DNA of 64,000 bases from Oculina patagonica (taxonomy: Eukaryota): assembly GCF_052425735.1 (NCBI RefSeq), contig NC_135761.1:16554001-16618000 (forward strand), written 5' to 3'. How positions within the stretch are numbered: position 1 is the first letter of the stretch; the number at the start of each line of letters is the position of its first letter. Positions 37,848-52,700 of this stretch are shown one piece after another. A program made the translations under genes and the position numbers. The notes under the pieces were generated by a model that had not been told where the DNA came from, did not search any database, and was given only the letters and a program-made list of their open reading frames with translations.

Positions 37848-40800
37848 ATGATTTCTCGTCACTTGTTCAAACTTGCTCTTGTGTTATCACTAGCCAACGT
37901 CAGTGGTAAGTACAAATAGTATACAAATATTTAAAGCAGGCCTTATTTCAGAGTCGATTTACACGGTACGGCTTTGCCGCGTGCGACAAGCTTTCGACAG
38001 GCCTACGACATGACTTAGAGCCACTTGCACGCGCGCGCGTCTGTCGTAAGGATGTAGTAGGTTGATTTATATCAACGCGATTCGTGTTAAAGTAGGCCAA
38101 GGCATAAGACGTGTCGCAAAGCGATAATCATAGGCAAAGCCGTACCGTCTAAGTCAGCCCTTAGATAGTACCAACCGGACCAAAAATTAACATTTACAAC
38201 TACAAAGAGCAAGGCGCGTCAATCTTAAAGTAATGTCAGAAATGGCCACTATCTAACAAGGTCAATGCAGCTAGGTATGTTAAACTTAGCTAAGTAAAAT
38301 ATTCATAATGGTTATTCGGGAAAATCAACAACCATTGATTCTTCAACTGTGCTTAATAAAGAAAAAGAAAGAAATTACAGTTAACCTGCCTTGAGACACG
38401 TGTTTTACTCTTTCCGGGCAAAGGAAAATTTTTTAGTCATTTATTATGTGATAGCCTGCTTTGCAGACGAGCTAAATCCCGGTATAGTCCGGGATTAGTT
38501 CGTCTTCAACGCAGGCTAATAAAGGAGAAAGAGGCTGATGTTTCATTCGGCTTCAAACATGCACTAATTAGAAGCGAACAACCGTCTCAAACACACAATA
38601 GGCACATTGCGAGGCCATTCAGGGCAGACTCAGCCGATTCGCAACGAGCGTTGTGTATTCACAGTTAATGACAGTGGTTTCAAGCCGTTTCAACGACAAC
38701 TGGTTATAGGAATTTTGAACTTGTATTTTATTTGTTTTCTCTGTGGAAAGATGCAATGATAAAGCACCCCAAGTTAAGTGATCGTTACGCATATAGAGCT
38801 CAAGATATAAAAGAAAGAATCAACTTTCATCATCCTTCCAAACAACAGAGTTCGATCAGCTTAATAACGTGACTTTATCATTTAATTTCATAACCTGTGT
38901 TCAGCTAGCGAGTAGGTTGCTGTACAAAGGGTAGTCAGTCTAACGCCGTTTTCGAGATTCAAGCTTAGAAACGAAAAGAAACTATACCTGAATTTTGGTA
39001 CCTAAGCATTACCTATTGTTAGCAGATACTATTTTTAGCGATTTTGTCTGAGCAAGAGTTTAACAGCTATTTAATTTAGCGATTTTCTGAAACTTTTTTC
39101 TGAAACGTTTTTTTTTTAAGAGTATTTGAATTTGGCCGAGACAAATTGTGGCGAGTACTTCAAGTTTAGCGATTTTAATTCGCCCAGCTCGCTAAAATAA
39201 CAAAAAGTAGTAACCGCTAACAATAGTAACCTTAAGGTAGCTGCGGGAATAGTGACATGGGATTGCAACGGTATCTGTGATCAGGAATCAAATAGCGAGG
39301 GGATCAGAGGATTCAAACCCCGGGGCACTTCTGAAGCGACTAAGAATATTTTCTACTCCTCCTTGGATAGGATGCTAGTCCATCGCAGGATTATCCCGGA
39401 CATTATAATATAATATAATAAGCGTTATCATATCACGCCTTAAAAATATTATTTTTGGCCTTCCCCATTCGATTCTTTGAGATTCTTTTTTTAGTCCAGA
39501 GAGTTAATGGTTAATCTAAAGCACTGGCCAAACGGTAACGCAAGTGCATGGGCGCAAGTAGTCGTAAGTTCAACTTGCGTACAGACTTGCGTTGGGTGGC
39601 CAAACGGACACACAAGTTTAGTCGCAAGTGTACGCAAGTTTGCAAAAAGTCATTTAAAATGCTGCATCGTGCAATTCAGCATTTGAAGTGTAAACTGCAA
39701 AAAAAGCGTTGACTTGCGTTGAGTAACCAAACGGTGAAAAACTTGCGTTAACTTAAGTGCAAATTTAATCTAGACCAAAGTGAACGCAAGTCAACGCAAT
39801 TGTACGCAAGTCCTGGCGAAACGGAGAGGCAAGTTTTCAAGTGGCGTTTACTTGTGTTGCCGGTTGGTCAGGGCTTACAAGAACTGTGTCACGGATTTTA
39901 GCTAAATTTAGGCATGGGAAAATGGCCATCAAATTCAGATAAATATAAAACTAATTTCTAAAAACAGTGAACGAACATTCAATAACACAGTAAATACAAA
40001 ACAACGTACGGATGGCCAAAATTGACGAAGATTGAAATGAATTGCAATATGAGTTTTTGAAATATTGTTGGGCTGAACAGTTTTCAAAGTTATTCTCGTT
40101 TTCGTGTGACTTTAACGCCCGGGAGGCACATTTGGTTGCAATGAAGCTATGGTTTTGCCATTTAGATCAATAGAAATAATTATTTGCAAACATTACGCTT
40201 CATAGCGAATATTTGACAAAACTTAACACAGCCCTTTTAACGTCAGCCAAATTTCGTGTCTCGTAGAAAACGCTAATTTTGTTATGTTTTGCTTTGTTTT
40301 TTTCCTACGCTCAGTGGCGATGGTTGTGAACATGACGTGGTGTACATCTGAAATGGAAGCACGAAAATGCAATAACATGATGCAGAATTTAATGGATCAA
40401 AACGTATCTGCTATATTGGGAAAGGGTGCTCAATTAAACGCAGAGTGCGCAGTTGGTCAAGATGACGTCAATTGCATCAAAATGATTGAGGAGGGGAAAG
40501 CTGACCTCATGACATTGGATGGTGGACACATTTTTACTGCAGGTATGGCTTACCTTTAGTGACTGTTAAAGGAGCAATGTCATGGTATATTATTAAGTCA
40601 TTTTTCTGATTTCTTTTAATTTGAAGGAAACTTCCAAATAATAGATTTTTTAACATAGAAAACAAGGAAGGAGTAAAAATAGGCGAAAACAACCAAGAAT
40701 GGTTTCCACTGATAAGATTAAGTGTGTAGTGTGCTTTTCTTTTTCTTTTTCTTTTTTATGTGTGAATCTGTTCTTTTACCGACCTGTTCATTTATTTTCA

Positions 40801-43800
40801 TTTAATGCTATTATCAACTGGCCGCCTGGCTCCACTAGCCCTTATGGTTATTACAGGCAGCCAGTACTCTTACTTTGTTTAATTTCCTCTCTGTATTAAT
40901 CTTTTCGTGTAGGTGCAAGAGTACGTACATTAAAGGTTGTTGTTGTTGTTGTAAAGACAAATTTTGGACGACAAAAGTGAAACATTCTGCCAATTTAAAC
41001 AGCAAATTTTATTTCTAAGAGCATCTCGCTTTTGAATGTTGTTATGTCATATTGGTTGATAAAAAGCCCGGGGGGGGGGGTGGGGGTACTCCCATATGTG
41101 GCCTATATAGGTATGTGCCGCCCGATAGGGTATGGTTTTTGAGGTTCTCGGTCCTTAAATAGGGTATCATTTTTGCTACTTTTCGCAATGTGTTCCCGCT
41201 GTGATCCTTAGATAGGGTACCTAAATTCTATTAGCTAAAATAAACGCCCAGCTAAACGAGAAAAAGATATCTGAAAACTGAATTTTCAGTTCAGGTATTA
41301 GAAAAGCGATTTTATAAAGATTTGTGTCTTGCCGTGCGCGGTTTGCCTTTATTTGGGTCGTCACGGAACGTTTCTCCTCCCCTTAAATAGGGTGTCATTT
41401 TTCGGTTTTGGGCCTTAAAAAGGCTATCAATTTTCGCTTTCTTTATCCTTAAATAGGGTCAGGGTTTAAGAACCTTGGCGGCACACCCCTATCCGAAATT
41501 TATGGGAGTACCCCCCCCCCCCCGGGATAAAAAGTAATCATTTACACCACCAATAAACATGACACACAACTATACACAGTACTCTACTTCTCGACTGCAA
41601 ATCTCTGAAAAACAATTTCTCGGAACAATGTACACCGTTCGCCATAAACAAAGCACTCGCACTCGGTCGCGAATCCCGCCAGCTACGCAGGCTACCAATG
41701 ACGATGCATTTCTGTTTTAGGAAAATACAATAACCTTGTTCCGGTGGTGGCGGAAGATTATGGTGTTGAGTTCGGAACAAGCTACTATGGTGTGGCTGTC
41801 GTTAGAAAGAACAACACTGGTTTTGACATCAAGTCCCTGAAAGGAAGAAAGTCGTGCCACACTGGAGCGAACAAGACGGCCGGCTGGAACATCCCTGTTG
41901 GTTTCCTGTTGGCGAACAAGTTGATGAAAATGGACGAGAGTTGTAACCCGTTTACCTCCGTCGCAAACTTCTTTTCCAATAGCTGTGTCCCGGGTAAGAA
42001 CATTTTTTAGTTTCCCATGTTGTAGGCAATAAAAGAAAAGCACGCTCTTTCAGAGATAAACAACACTGAAAAATTTTGCTTCTTCATGTTATCTCATAAG
42101 AAACTAGAGAAAGTCACACGAGAACTACAAATTCGAGCTGGCGCGCGACATTGACATTAACATATATTGCCGAGAGAGTAAAAACGGGGGCCTAATCAGC
42201 TACTGGATACGGGATTACATATTAACCAGTACTTATTCCCCCGCTGAGACAGGTTAAAAAAGACAAATATGATAATTGTACTGCTAGGATTTTTTTAAGC
42301 CCTGCAGGCTGAGTCTAGATATATCTATTTTTCTTTCGGTCTCGTCGATCGTTTAAATTTTCCCCCTTGTATGCTAATCAGAAATTTCGAAAAATTTCTC
42401 GAGTGTTAAGAAGTTAGTTGCTGCTGCCATTGCACCAAAATAGCCATATAAGGTCATTTTTGACCGTATGACAAAGCCTATTGCTATAAACTTTAATTTG
42501 CATTTCTTGATACGAGTTCGAGTTATCGGTTTGCCTCGGTGTAAGAACCTGTAAAAGTTTCTTTGTTGGAGCTATTGGTTTCCTCCTTTATATATTGTTT
42601 CGAGGCTATTTGTTGTCTTGGTCGTTCTTTGTTCCATGTCACTGGTGAGTATCAGTGGTTCTTACACCAAGGCTGAGCCAGAAATCGAGGGTCCGAGGAA
42701 TCTGGATTCCACTGTAATACTTTTTTTTCAAAAAACATTTTCACCTTTAACACGATGAAAGAAAATATAACTACCAGCGAAAACAAAATAAATAAATTTA
42801 TCCCTTAATTCAAGTGTCAAAGTATTTTGCACTGCGCGCTGTGCTCATTTGGGACATTGTAAATAAACAAACAAATGTTGTAAATCAACAGAAACGTGTT
42901 AAAAATCCCAGCTGGCAGGAAACTGACCTGTTGGCTATTTACAAAGCGCGGAGGAGTTGAATTCAGGGCCACCGAACGCAAATCCATCTAGTTATCGGGT
43001 GGAGGATTTGAACCCTGGACCTCCGGATTACAAGTCCAGCGCCCTGACCACTAGGCCACACCGCCTCCCTATATGAAATCAACAAGCCTTAGTTAACCAA
43101 ATAACATAAGTAATGTTACATTTGTAATAGGTGCTCTGTCCGAGTCATTTAACAAAGCAAAAGGTCCTAGCAGCTTGTGCAGCTTGTGTAGCTATGGCAG
43201 TGAAGGAAACAACTGTGACATCAAGTACGACCCTTTCTCTGGTTACGGTGGGGCGTTCGAGTGCATGGCAAAAGGTTATGGATGTGTGGCATTTGTCAAG
43301 CACACAACAGTGCATGAAATGGTTACTAAGGATCCAGCAACATACGGGAATGCGAGTGATTACCAGATCCTCTGTCCTGGTGGCGGAAGGAAAGGTAGGC
43401 CTGTTGTGCAGTGTAATTTCTCTTCTAGTGTCATCATCATCATATTTATTTTATCACATAAGGTTATTAACAGCTGTTTCTTTTTGGTTTAACAACTGGA
43501 TTAACACGTGGCCGATTTCTTGTCAGCCCGCAGGCGTAAAAAGAGGGAAATGATGGGGGGGGGGGGGGGGGGGAATAAGCGGAGAAGGGGAGGGAATATG
43601 CCTGTCCCAAAGATGCTCGGCAACTTTTCATCTTTTGATCAACTTTCGAGCAACTTTTTACAATTTCTAGACCGACGATTGCAGATATGTCCAGGATTGA
43701 ACGCTAATGAGATGCGCGTTCCTCATGACAGGCATCACAAAGTGTTATCATTAACAAACGTTCGCCAAAACACAACAAATTCTGTCAAATATGAAGTAAT

Positions 43801-45139
43801 ATGGAAATGTCAAATAACACAGTCAAACATGAAGTACTCATTAAACAATTCTTGCGTTAAATCCTCCCCTGGACATAAGTGGAAGATTGTCCGAGTGTTG
43901 TTAGAAGGTCATACAAGCGTTCCCGAGAACTTTTCGAACTTCTCCGGAGATAAACGAAATTTGCCGAAGATTTCCAACAAAGTTCAGAGATGCTTCAACT
44001 TTCGGATCATTCACAGTAAAAACTCGTCAGTAAACATGACGTCATCGGTATCTTCACGATTGTTCTTTGTGAAAGAAATCATAGGCCATTTTCAAAAGTA
44101 CCATAATACTCTTTGTTGTCCCTCCAAAATTTTGCATAAGCATTGTTTTCATTTCTCATGGGACAACAAAACAATGCTTATGCAAGTTTTGGAGGGACAA
44201 CAAAGAGTATTATGGCATTTTTAAAAATGGCCTATTGTAATTCAACAAATCTTAGCCTTAAAATAATATTCAGATATTTCTGTTTCAGTTGAATTGCATG
44301 AAAATGCTTAGAAATTTTACCTTCAAAGGAAAATAAGAATTTATAGCTGGAGAATTTTCTTCTTTAAAGCAACCTTTTGGATCTTTTGGAGCAACTTTCG
44401 AGCAGCTTTGTATAAAATTTTGAGCAACTTTTTTGGAAAATTTCATGCATCTATGGGACAGCCCAAGGAGGAAACCCTTTTCCATCTCCCTTCTCATCCG
44501 TTTTCTCTTCTCGAATTCTCTCAATCCTCCCCTCCCCCCTTTTTTTGCAGGCTAATTTCTTGTAAATCAGCGTGATGGCTTGAATTTGTTTCTCGTATAT
44601 TGTTGGTCACTACTATAACCTCTCTATATAGAATAAGCATAGAAGAATCTGATATAAATTAATATAATTAATATTGTGATCATTGTTAGGTTTCGAAAGA
44701 AAATAATTTAGATTTTACACCCGTAGATATCGGAGAGTACAAGTCATGCAACCTTGGTCGAGTCTCGTCCCATGCTGTCATGACCAGAAAAGGGAACACT
44801 TTGCTGGCACATTACAAGAAACTTCTGCTGTTTATGTCAGAAAAATTCGGAATAAACCAGACGAATCCGCAACAATTCCAAATGTTCAACTCCACCAAGT
44901 ATGGTGGGTATAAAGATCAAATTTTTTCGGATTCCACCGTGAAGCTTGTCGATGTCGGTGGAAAGGATTCCTATGACAAGTGGCTGGGGCTACAGTACCA
45001 AAGCGATCTCAAGGCGCTGCACTACTGCGACAAACCCGTCGACCCTACCGACGACGATCCTAAAGCCTCCGCTGGGACAGTTTCTTCTCTGGTCGTCCTT
45101 GTCGTCTCCGCCGCCGTGTTTACGGTCCTGACTGCCTGA
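37848..45139 (+). CDS. Single-lobe transferrin-family protein 1 (melanotransferrin-like, predicted GPI anchor), ~411 aa
   Basis: Exons 37848-37905 (signal peptide), 40315-40542, 41721-41993, 43131-43394 and 44727-45139, all introns phase 1. Motifs WC..E..KC, TLDGG, YYGVAV, KSCHTG..TAGW, GYGGAFECM, VAFVKH, SHAV; hydrophobic C-terminus. Confidence 0.9.
39519..39874. mobile_element. Harbinger-like MITE (intronic)
   Basis: AGCACTGGCCAAACGG ... CCGGTTGGTCAGGGCT ends; internal CGCAAGT repeats. Confidence 0.6.
41067..41526. mobile_element. CCCGGG-terminal MITE
   Basis: CCCGGGGG..TACTCCCATA / TATGGGAGTACCCC..CCGGG; 8-bp TSD ATAAAAAG. Confidence 0.8.
42860..43069 (-). mobile_element. tRNA-derived SINE
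   Basis: Minus-strand 5' head GGGAGGCGGTGTGGCCTAGTGG (A box) ... GGTTCAAATCC (B box); simple-repeat tail. Confidence 0.75.
44083..44233. mobile_element. Palindromic MITE
   Basis: AGGCCATTTT..CCATAATACTCTTTGTTGTCCCTCCAAAA is inverted at the other end; TA flanks. Confidence 0.7.
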
Positions 45140-45895
45140 ATTCCCCCAGTGAATCGGTGCTTTGGTGGTGTTAGTGCATAAGTTAAGACTGGTAGACCTT
45201 GTTAGTATGTTATTTATATAGACCAGCTCGCAATATTTTCAATTCTCCCCTTATGGTGCCAAGACTTTAATAGCAAGACTTAGAAGGATAAACCAAAAGA
45301 AATTAGATCAAGGTTAAGGGATCAAAAGCACTTTTGTTATCAGCTGTTTTGCCAAGTTAGAGTTGTTATGTATCGAAACATTGGTCTTACTATAATCTCT
45401 CGGCCTAGAAACGCCTTATGCTTGAATTTTAATCAGGATTCTATGCTACTATACTTCAACCTGTAACCACACTTGTAAATGCCATGTCTAACTAACCATA
45501 AACATGTACATCACCAGAAAAAAAAACGTTTTATTTGTTACACTTTTGTTCAACTAATGCCTCTATCGAGGAGCGCAAAAACGAGGTAAGATGAGCGACC
45601 GCGCGAGTCCTGGGGATAGCTTGGAGCCTTTCTCGGCAGAGTTGTTCATAATGCTTTACGGTGGGACGGCCGGACGGACGGTGGTTCCAAGCGAAATGTC
45701 CGGATCTGAAGAGAGGTATTTCCGCCCTTGCGTCTCTTCCATGCGCTTCGCTGATGACAAAAAAAAGGGACAAAACCCCGTAGCGACTTGCAAGATAAGT
45801 CAAGGAATTATGCTATAGGCAAAGGGGTATTCTACTGAATCCCGATGTGCGGATGACCGTGTGCTTTACGTAATATATCAATCACGAGAGGCAGT

Positions 45896-46201
45896 CCCGG
45901 GGGGGACTCCCATTTCAAAGGAACGGGGATGCTCGTCGGAAATTTTGAAAAGAACCCCTAAAAGAGACCCATCTAGGCGTGGCTCAAGCTATTTTAGACT
46001 CCCGAAAAGATACCAAAATTCTGTAAAAAGAACTGATATTTGTATATTTCTTCACATGTAACCGTAAACGAGACCCTGACGGCTTAAAATATTGCCATTT
46101 TGCTCAGAACACCCTAAGCGAGACCCAAAGTCCGAAATTCATACCCCTAAGCGAGACGACGAGCATACTCGTCACTTTCATGTGGGAGTCCCCCCCCCGG
46201 G
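45896..46201. mobile_element. CCCGGG-terminal MITE (truncated sister copy at 46414-46674)
   Basis: CCCGGGGGGGACTCCC / GGGAGTCCCCCCCCCGGG; TSD AGGCAGT; inserted into a hairpin-bearing repeat (~45872-46410). Confidence 0.8.
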
Positions 46202-47732
46202 AGGCAGTGTTTCATCGGGATATCCAGGCACCGAGAAGAGAGTTAAAAATACGACGCGCAGCGGAGTATTTTTGACGAAATTCGAGGTTTTTGGATAGCC
46301 GATGAAACACTGTCTCGAGTGTTTGATATATCTTCTCAATCGAAACAAAAACTGCGGAGTGAACGGAGAAATAAAATCGTAAAAATCTATGCTAATTAAG
46401 ATCGGGTTTCCAACCCGGGGGGGGGGGGGACTCCTATATGAAACAGACGGGGATGCTCGTCGGAAATTTTTAAAAGAACCCCTAAAAGAGACCCATCTGG
46501 GTGTGGCTCATCCTTTTGTTGACCCCTTAAAGATAAAAAACTAAGAATAGAATTTATATCTGTATATTTCTTCGTGTGTAACCCTAAACGAGACCATTAT
46601 GGCTAAAAATATTGGCGTTTTGCCCCAAACACCCTAAGCGAGACCAAAAATCCGAAATTTACACCCCTAAGCGACTGGGGCAAGACTGGGGCAAGCGAAG
46701 CAAACCACAATTACACTCAAAACCATTTTGCTTTATCACAAAGCTTTGTTCATAAATTTTTTTCATCTTCGTGCCGTCATTAAGTTCACCCAGTATTTAC
46801 TAACCCTAACCTGCAATAAAACATTTTGTTCATAACAATACAAATAAAAGAGATAAGTTCACAGACTCGAGAGGTCAGTTTTCACGTCTGGCGATCGCAT
46901 TCATATCAAATTGCTATATTGCGTGACAGTCCTTTGTCAGTTTCTTGATCATGTTCGCATTTGAAATGTTCATCCATCGAGCAAATTGGAAGCTCTTACA
47001 ATGCGCTTTTTATGTTTGAAATATTAAATGTTTAGCGATAAGCACCACGTGCGTGTTAGTGTAAGGGATTTCGGCGCGTGTTCGGTTCTAAGAAAAATTG
47101 CGCGGACTTGAATCAAACGGTTTGTATAGCTTTGCGAATATTTGCGAAGTCGTCAATACTGTTTGCTAAGAACGATTAAATTTATGAAGACAATGCTTTC
47201 TCATAAGGCAAAATGGTTTTTGAATGGAATTGTGGTTTGTGCCCCAGTCTGCTGTTAGTGATCTTGGCATCCCCTCAGGGGATGCCAAATTCACTAGGGA
47301 TCTTGGGACGGGGGTGCCTAAATTTGGGGGATGCCAAGATCACTGCGACAGCGGCGCGAAGCGACGCAAAACCTGCGACACGATTGGTTTTAGTTGTAAT
47401 TCTTCGATTAGCTGAGAACGTGGCGCCAGATTTATTTATCAATCACTTAGTGTAGCCATACAAAACCAAACCATAAGTTAATAACTTTCGACAATCAAAT
47501 GAAAACTGCTCTAAGCGCGAACTTAGAACTAACAAAAAGAAACAATAGCGATCGCAAGGTGTTTTCAACTCAATCCATCATGATCCACCCCGTTTCGCGT
47601 TTCGCTTACATTTCAAGCGCACGTCAGTCGACTTCAATCTTGTTCCCAAGCCCCACGCTCTCCTGCCTGATTGGACTGCAACTGTCACTGCGACTCTAAT
47701 ACTGTTTTTTCCCTGTTTTTCAATCGTCTTAA

Positions 47733-49306
47733 GGTGGCTCGATACAGTTTTTTCTGGGCCATACCTACAATTTGCAATTGGCCTTTAAACGATCTTCCCT
47801 GACTCGGATCGATATGAAAATTATACCATATATTGGTTTTAGATTGAAGTTTACTTTAATATATATTTTAAGGTAATCGATATTTCCATGGCAACGATAA
47901 ACAGAAAACCGCAAAATCAGTAAAACCTGATTTTTGCGTGAATCAGATTTGCCGCTTAAAAACTAATACCAGCATCTTAAACTATGATGTACTGCAAATA
48001 AAATATTCAAGAATTAAAAGATTCTGTGTGTTTGATTTCGAATAAATCGCAAAAATGTTTCAAATCGTAGTTTTTGCATAGCGATAATAAATTAGCCGAG
48101 ACACAAACACTGCGTAGACGAAGTAATCTCAAAAAACAGTAAAATGTGTATTAAACTTATCTTTCGACGTCGTGAAAGTTTTGTTGAGTTTCCACAGCGC
48201 AATGCCGAGAATTTGTTTTTTTCTTGCGACCACTCGTATTGTAATTTTTAAGTAAGTTTATAGTTTGAAGCGTTTTTTAAAAAATCTATAAAACGGCTCG
48301 ATAGATTTTCTTTAGACTTTCAGCACGCGTACTTGATTATGTAAACTATTTTATCGCAAAGTTTTATTATCATTGATTCACTGGAACGTTTTCAAATTAA
48401 ACGATAAAGGAGGCCTTCGAATCGACGAAAATCTTGCGTTACAATTCACGGTTTATAAAATCATGCTAAAATATTCAAATTAATGTGCACTACATTCTGT
48501 GCTTTGTTACCCGTGGTGGAGCTTTTTGTATTTCTCACAAAGGAATGTAGTGCACATTAATTTGAATATTTTAACACGATTTTATAAACCGTGAATTGTA
48601 ACGCAAGTTTTTCGTCCATTCGAAGGACTCCTTTATCGTTTAATTTGAAAACGTTCCAGTGAATCAATGATAATAAAACTTTGCGACTAAATAGTTTACA
48701 TAATCAAGTACGCGTGCTGAAAGTCTAAAGAAAATCTATCGAGCCGTTTTATAGATTTTTCAAAAAACGCTTAAAACCGAAAATTACTTAAAAATAACAA
48801 TACGAGTGGTCGCAAGAAAAAAACAAAATCTAGGCATTGCGCTGTGGAAACTCAACAAAACTTTCACAGCGTCGAAAGATAAGTTTAATACACATTTTAC
48901 CGTTTTTTGAGATTACTTTGTCTAGGTAGTGTTTGTTTCTCGGCTCATTTATTATCGCTGTGCAAAAACTACGATTTGAAACATTTTTGCGATTTATTCG
49001 AAATCAAACATACAGAATCTTTTAATTCTTGAATATTTTATTTGCAGTACATCATAGTTTAAGATGCTGATATTAGTTTTTTAGCGGTAAATCTGATTCA
49101 CGCAAAAATCAGGATTTACTCATTTGACGATTTTCTGTTTACCGTTGCCATGGAAATATCGATTACCTTAAAAAGTATATTAAATCAAATTTCAATCTAA
49201 AACCAATATATGGTGTAATTTTCATATCGATCCGAGTCAGGGAAGATCGTTTAAAGGCCAATTGCAAATTGTAGGTATGGCCCAGAAAAAACTATATCGA
49301 GCCACC
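47733..49306. mobile_element. Foldback-type element: ~765-bp inverted arms, 45-bp spacer, TTAA flanks
   Basis: 47733-48497 is the reverse complement of 48543-49306 with scattered mismatches; TTAA|GGTGGCTCGATA ... TATCGAGCCACC|TTAA. Confidence 0.9.
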
Positions 49307-49753
49307 TTAAATTTTTTACAAACTGTTATAAAACTTTTGCATTTAAGTGACAGTTCTTGCGCAAAGCATTATTGCCTCCACTGTTTTGGCGTTATTTTCA
49401 CTCAAAGGCCTTTCGAGGAACTAGGAAATGGCCTATTAGGACTTACACGAAGAACAATAACGATCGCGAGGTGATTTTCAATCAATCATGTTCGTTTTCA
49501 TTTTGGCGTTGTGCGCTGCCCGCTCGCGCTACTTCGCGATACCCAGACCCCTCGTCTCCCGCATGCATGATTGGACTCAAACTTGAACAAATATTATTTC
49601 TTCCATTGCCAAAAAAATGTCACAAACTGTCATATAGCTTTTGCCCTTGACTGATAGCTCCTGCGCAATACTTCCGCAACGCTTGATTGCTTTGCGCTTG
49701 GTGTTAGTTTCACTCCGAAGGCGTTGTCTGGGTGCTTCAACTGTTCAGCAACA

Positions 49754-52700
49754 ATGGCGAAATCTTTGTTCGTTTTCCTGGCCTTGGTGACAATCCAGTG
49801 TGCTTTTTCAGGTGAGGAGATTAACTCTACCTTTGTAGCTAGACCTGAGACGCGTATTTGAAATATACAGTCCATTCTGTTGATTGCAAATTTTAGTCAC
49901 AACGTTTCTGCTGTTTCAGCTGCCTCCATTTCATATTTATTTTACTGAGTGATTCTAGCTGCAGCTTTTTCCTTTTCCACTTTGCGTGGCCAATTCGATC
50001 TCCTGCATTTTCCCTTTGCTAGTCTTAAGATAATAACTTAAGCTTCAGATAATCGACTTTTTAGACATCAAAAGCACTGAATCTTGTCGAAACTACGTGG
50101 AAGTCCTGAGATGCGACGATTCCTAGGTGCACTCTATATTTGCACTCTGTATTTGCTCGTGTCGGATTTTGCACCACCAGAAATTAAATTTGTTTTATTT
50201 TAAGTGATTTTCCTCTTGGAAAGACCAAGGCGAATAAGGGAAAGAGTTTACAATGTAAATATGGCGTTTGCATTTTTCATAAAGGACCACAAAGGTATTA
50301 TCTATAGGCTATAGTTTGTGTTTTTCATGCAGAGGCACCCATGGCAACAGTTAAAGTTGTTTCAAATTGAGGTATGCTGTTTTAGCCGTTTCCCCTGCAA
50401 TAAAGCAACTTGAAAAGACCACGATCTCAGTTTTATTTAGATGATGGACCGTGGATGGGAAATGTTTGATGTCTATCAGTCGTGGTACCATAGAAGCGAG
50501 CAATGTTGGGCCATTTCGATTTCCTTTATGTACCTAGTGTCCGTCATAGCTTTTTCAAGTGTCCTCGAAGAGAATATGTAGATTACTTTTAATGTTATGA
50601 TATTGATGCAACCTTCTCCATACATTTTCCATTTTGGAATAAACGTATCAAAGAAAAACATGCAACCTCAGATATTTTATTTTACGGTATGTCGAATCAC
50701 GAGTCGTGTGTTTATTTTTATTATTTTTTTAAAAATTCCCTTTGTCCACGGGATAAAGACGATAAAGGAATCGGAAGGCAAGAAAAAAACATTTAAGATC
50801 TGACCGAAATCTTCCTGTCTATTCCTTTCTTTCGGTCTTTAAGGAGGTTTTTTTCTACAAGTAAATAGTTATTATCAAAAGAATAAAGAATGTAAATATT
50901 GTTGCAACTACGCTTCATTCTCGGTAAAAGGCGCCCACGTATCGTTGAAGGGTTGACCTATATAACTGATAAAAGACCCACTGGTCGCGCGCTCATTGGC
51001 TATTTGTGTGGGTGGTTTAGGCTCGAAAGTGGCATGATATGTAACTCAAGAAGCCAGCTCTCAATCTGTCTCGTCTCCAGGTGCTGCAGCACACATCGAA
51101 TACAAATAGATGCCCCGGGGGGGGGGGGGGGTACTCCCTATAATGGCCTATACGGGGAGGCTCCGCCCGAAAGGGGTACCTTTTTCAGGCTCCAGGTATA
51201 TAAAAGGGTAGGGATTTCACAAGTTTAGGTATATGAAAGGGTAGGGAAATCTGCCATAATGATATTTAAAAAGGCCTTTACATTAAATATTCCGAGCAGA
51301 CGCAACTTTTGGCTGTATCGTCTTAATTTATTAAGCGCTACATAAAAATGACAAGAAAACTTCCTGTTTTAGGTAAATGTGATGTTGTGTAGGTATATGA
51401 AAGGGGTGACTTTTTGCAATAAAAGGTATACAAAAGGGGTACCTTTTCTATCAAAATGGTATATAAAAGGGTAAGGGGTTGGATCTCCGGGCGGAGCCTC
51501 CCCGTACAAAACTTTTTCGAGTACCCCCCCCGGGATAGATGCATGCTGACTATCATGAACTAACTTTGTGTCTCAACAGTAGACCTTATCGAAACGTATA
51601 ATATTTCCGTCAGTACCATAATAGATATCCCTTACCCCCTCCCATGCGGTATCAACGTGCCGCGCCGAAAAAGGGAAAACTCCACTTGTGAAGTAGATAA
51701 ACAAGTTTATTATTAGCCACTGATATCAGCTTGACATCAGTGAGTACTTTTATGTGTTCGTGCGGTAATACATGCTCGCTCTCTCTAAACTTGCGTGACC
51801 TCCTTTCAAAACGAACCTTGTTTTTGAAACGCACTCCTTATCGGCTTTGGTCTCTCGACCTTCGTTATCTCTCATTAAAACGTACTTTTAATCTGGGTGC
51901 AGTATTTCTAAATTGGTTTTGGCTTTGGTCTTCGAATGTAAGCAAATTTTCGGTCACGTTCAAAGTTGAATGTATTGAATGAGGTGGGACAACAGGGAGC
52001 CTGGGTCTTGACGGGATGGCAAAAAGCGAACGCCTTTTTAATAGAGGTCTTTCTTTCAAAATGGCGAAAAAAGAAATGTCTGCACTGATCCTAAAAGAGA
52101 AATATTTTTTGTCCGGGCGCAAGGTCAATATCTCAATATCCGGGAGTTTTGTTTTGCCATTCTAACAATTGAACGGCTCAAAAAAAGGTGCAGCATTTTT
52201 CCTTTCCACCTTTCAAACTGTCCTCGCCTGGTTTATTTTTCCACCAAAGCCTAACTTGTTTTAAAACCTGGATGAATGACATATTTCACTCATCAGGTTA
52301 CTGAAAGAAAAGGGCTAAAAATGATACACCGTATATATACTAAGTCATACAAGCTTTTAACCCAAACAGAAGAATCCCCAGGGTCTTGCAAGATAGCAGC
52401 CTCCGTCGAGGATTTTGTGACACGTCCGTCTGCAACGCAGGATAGCAAGATATAGAAATGTCATAAGTTTCCTTCTTTTGTGATGTTGGAGCTATTTTTC
52501 CATGCAAACAAAACAGTATTACTGAGAAATTCTGGTACCTCGAGTTGAAATGATGTTTAAAAACTAATCTTTTTCAGCATCGTTCGACTTCAGATGGTGT
52601 ACCTTGTCGACAGAAAAGGCAAAGTGTGCTGACTTCATAAAATATGTTAACATGACTGCACGGAATAATCTAAGCATGGACGTGACTGTGGATTGTGTTA

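Noticed and set aside
43508-44224. 238-aa ORF
   Set aside because: It is intronic, runs through a poly-G tract and decayed MITEs, and has no protein-like motifs.
45140-45165. CAGTGA as an iron-responsive element in the transferrin 1 3' UTR
   Set aside because: The flanks do not form the required 5-bp upper stem with a bulged C.
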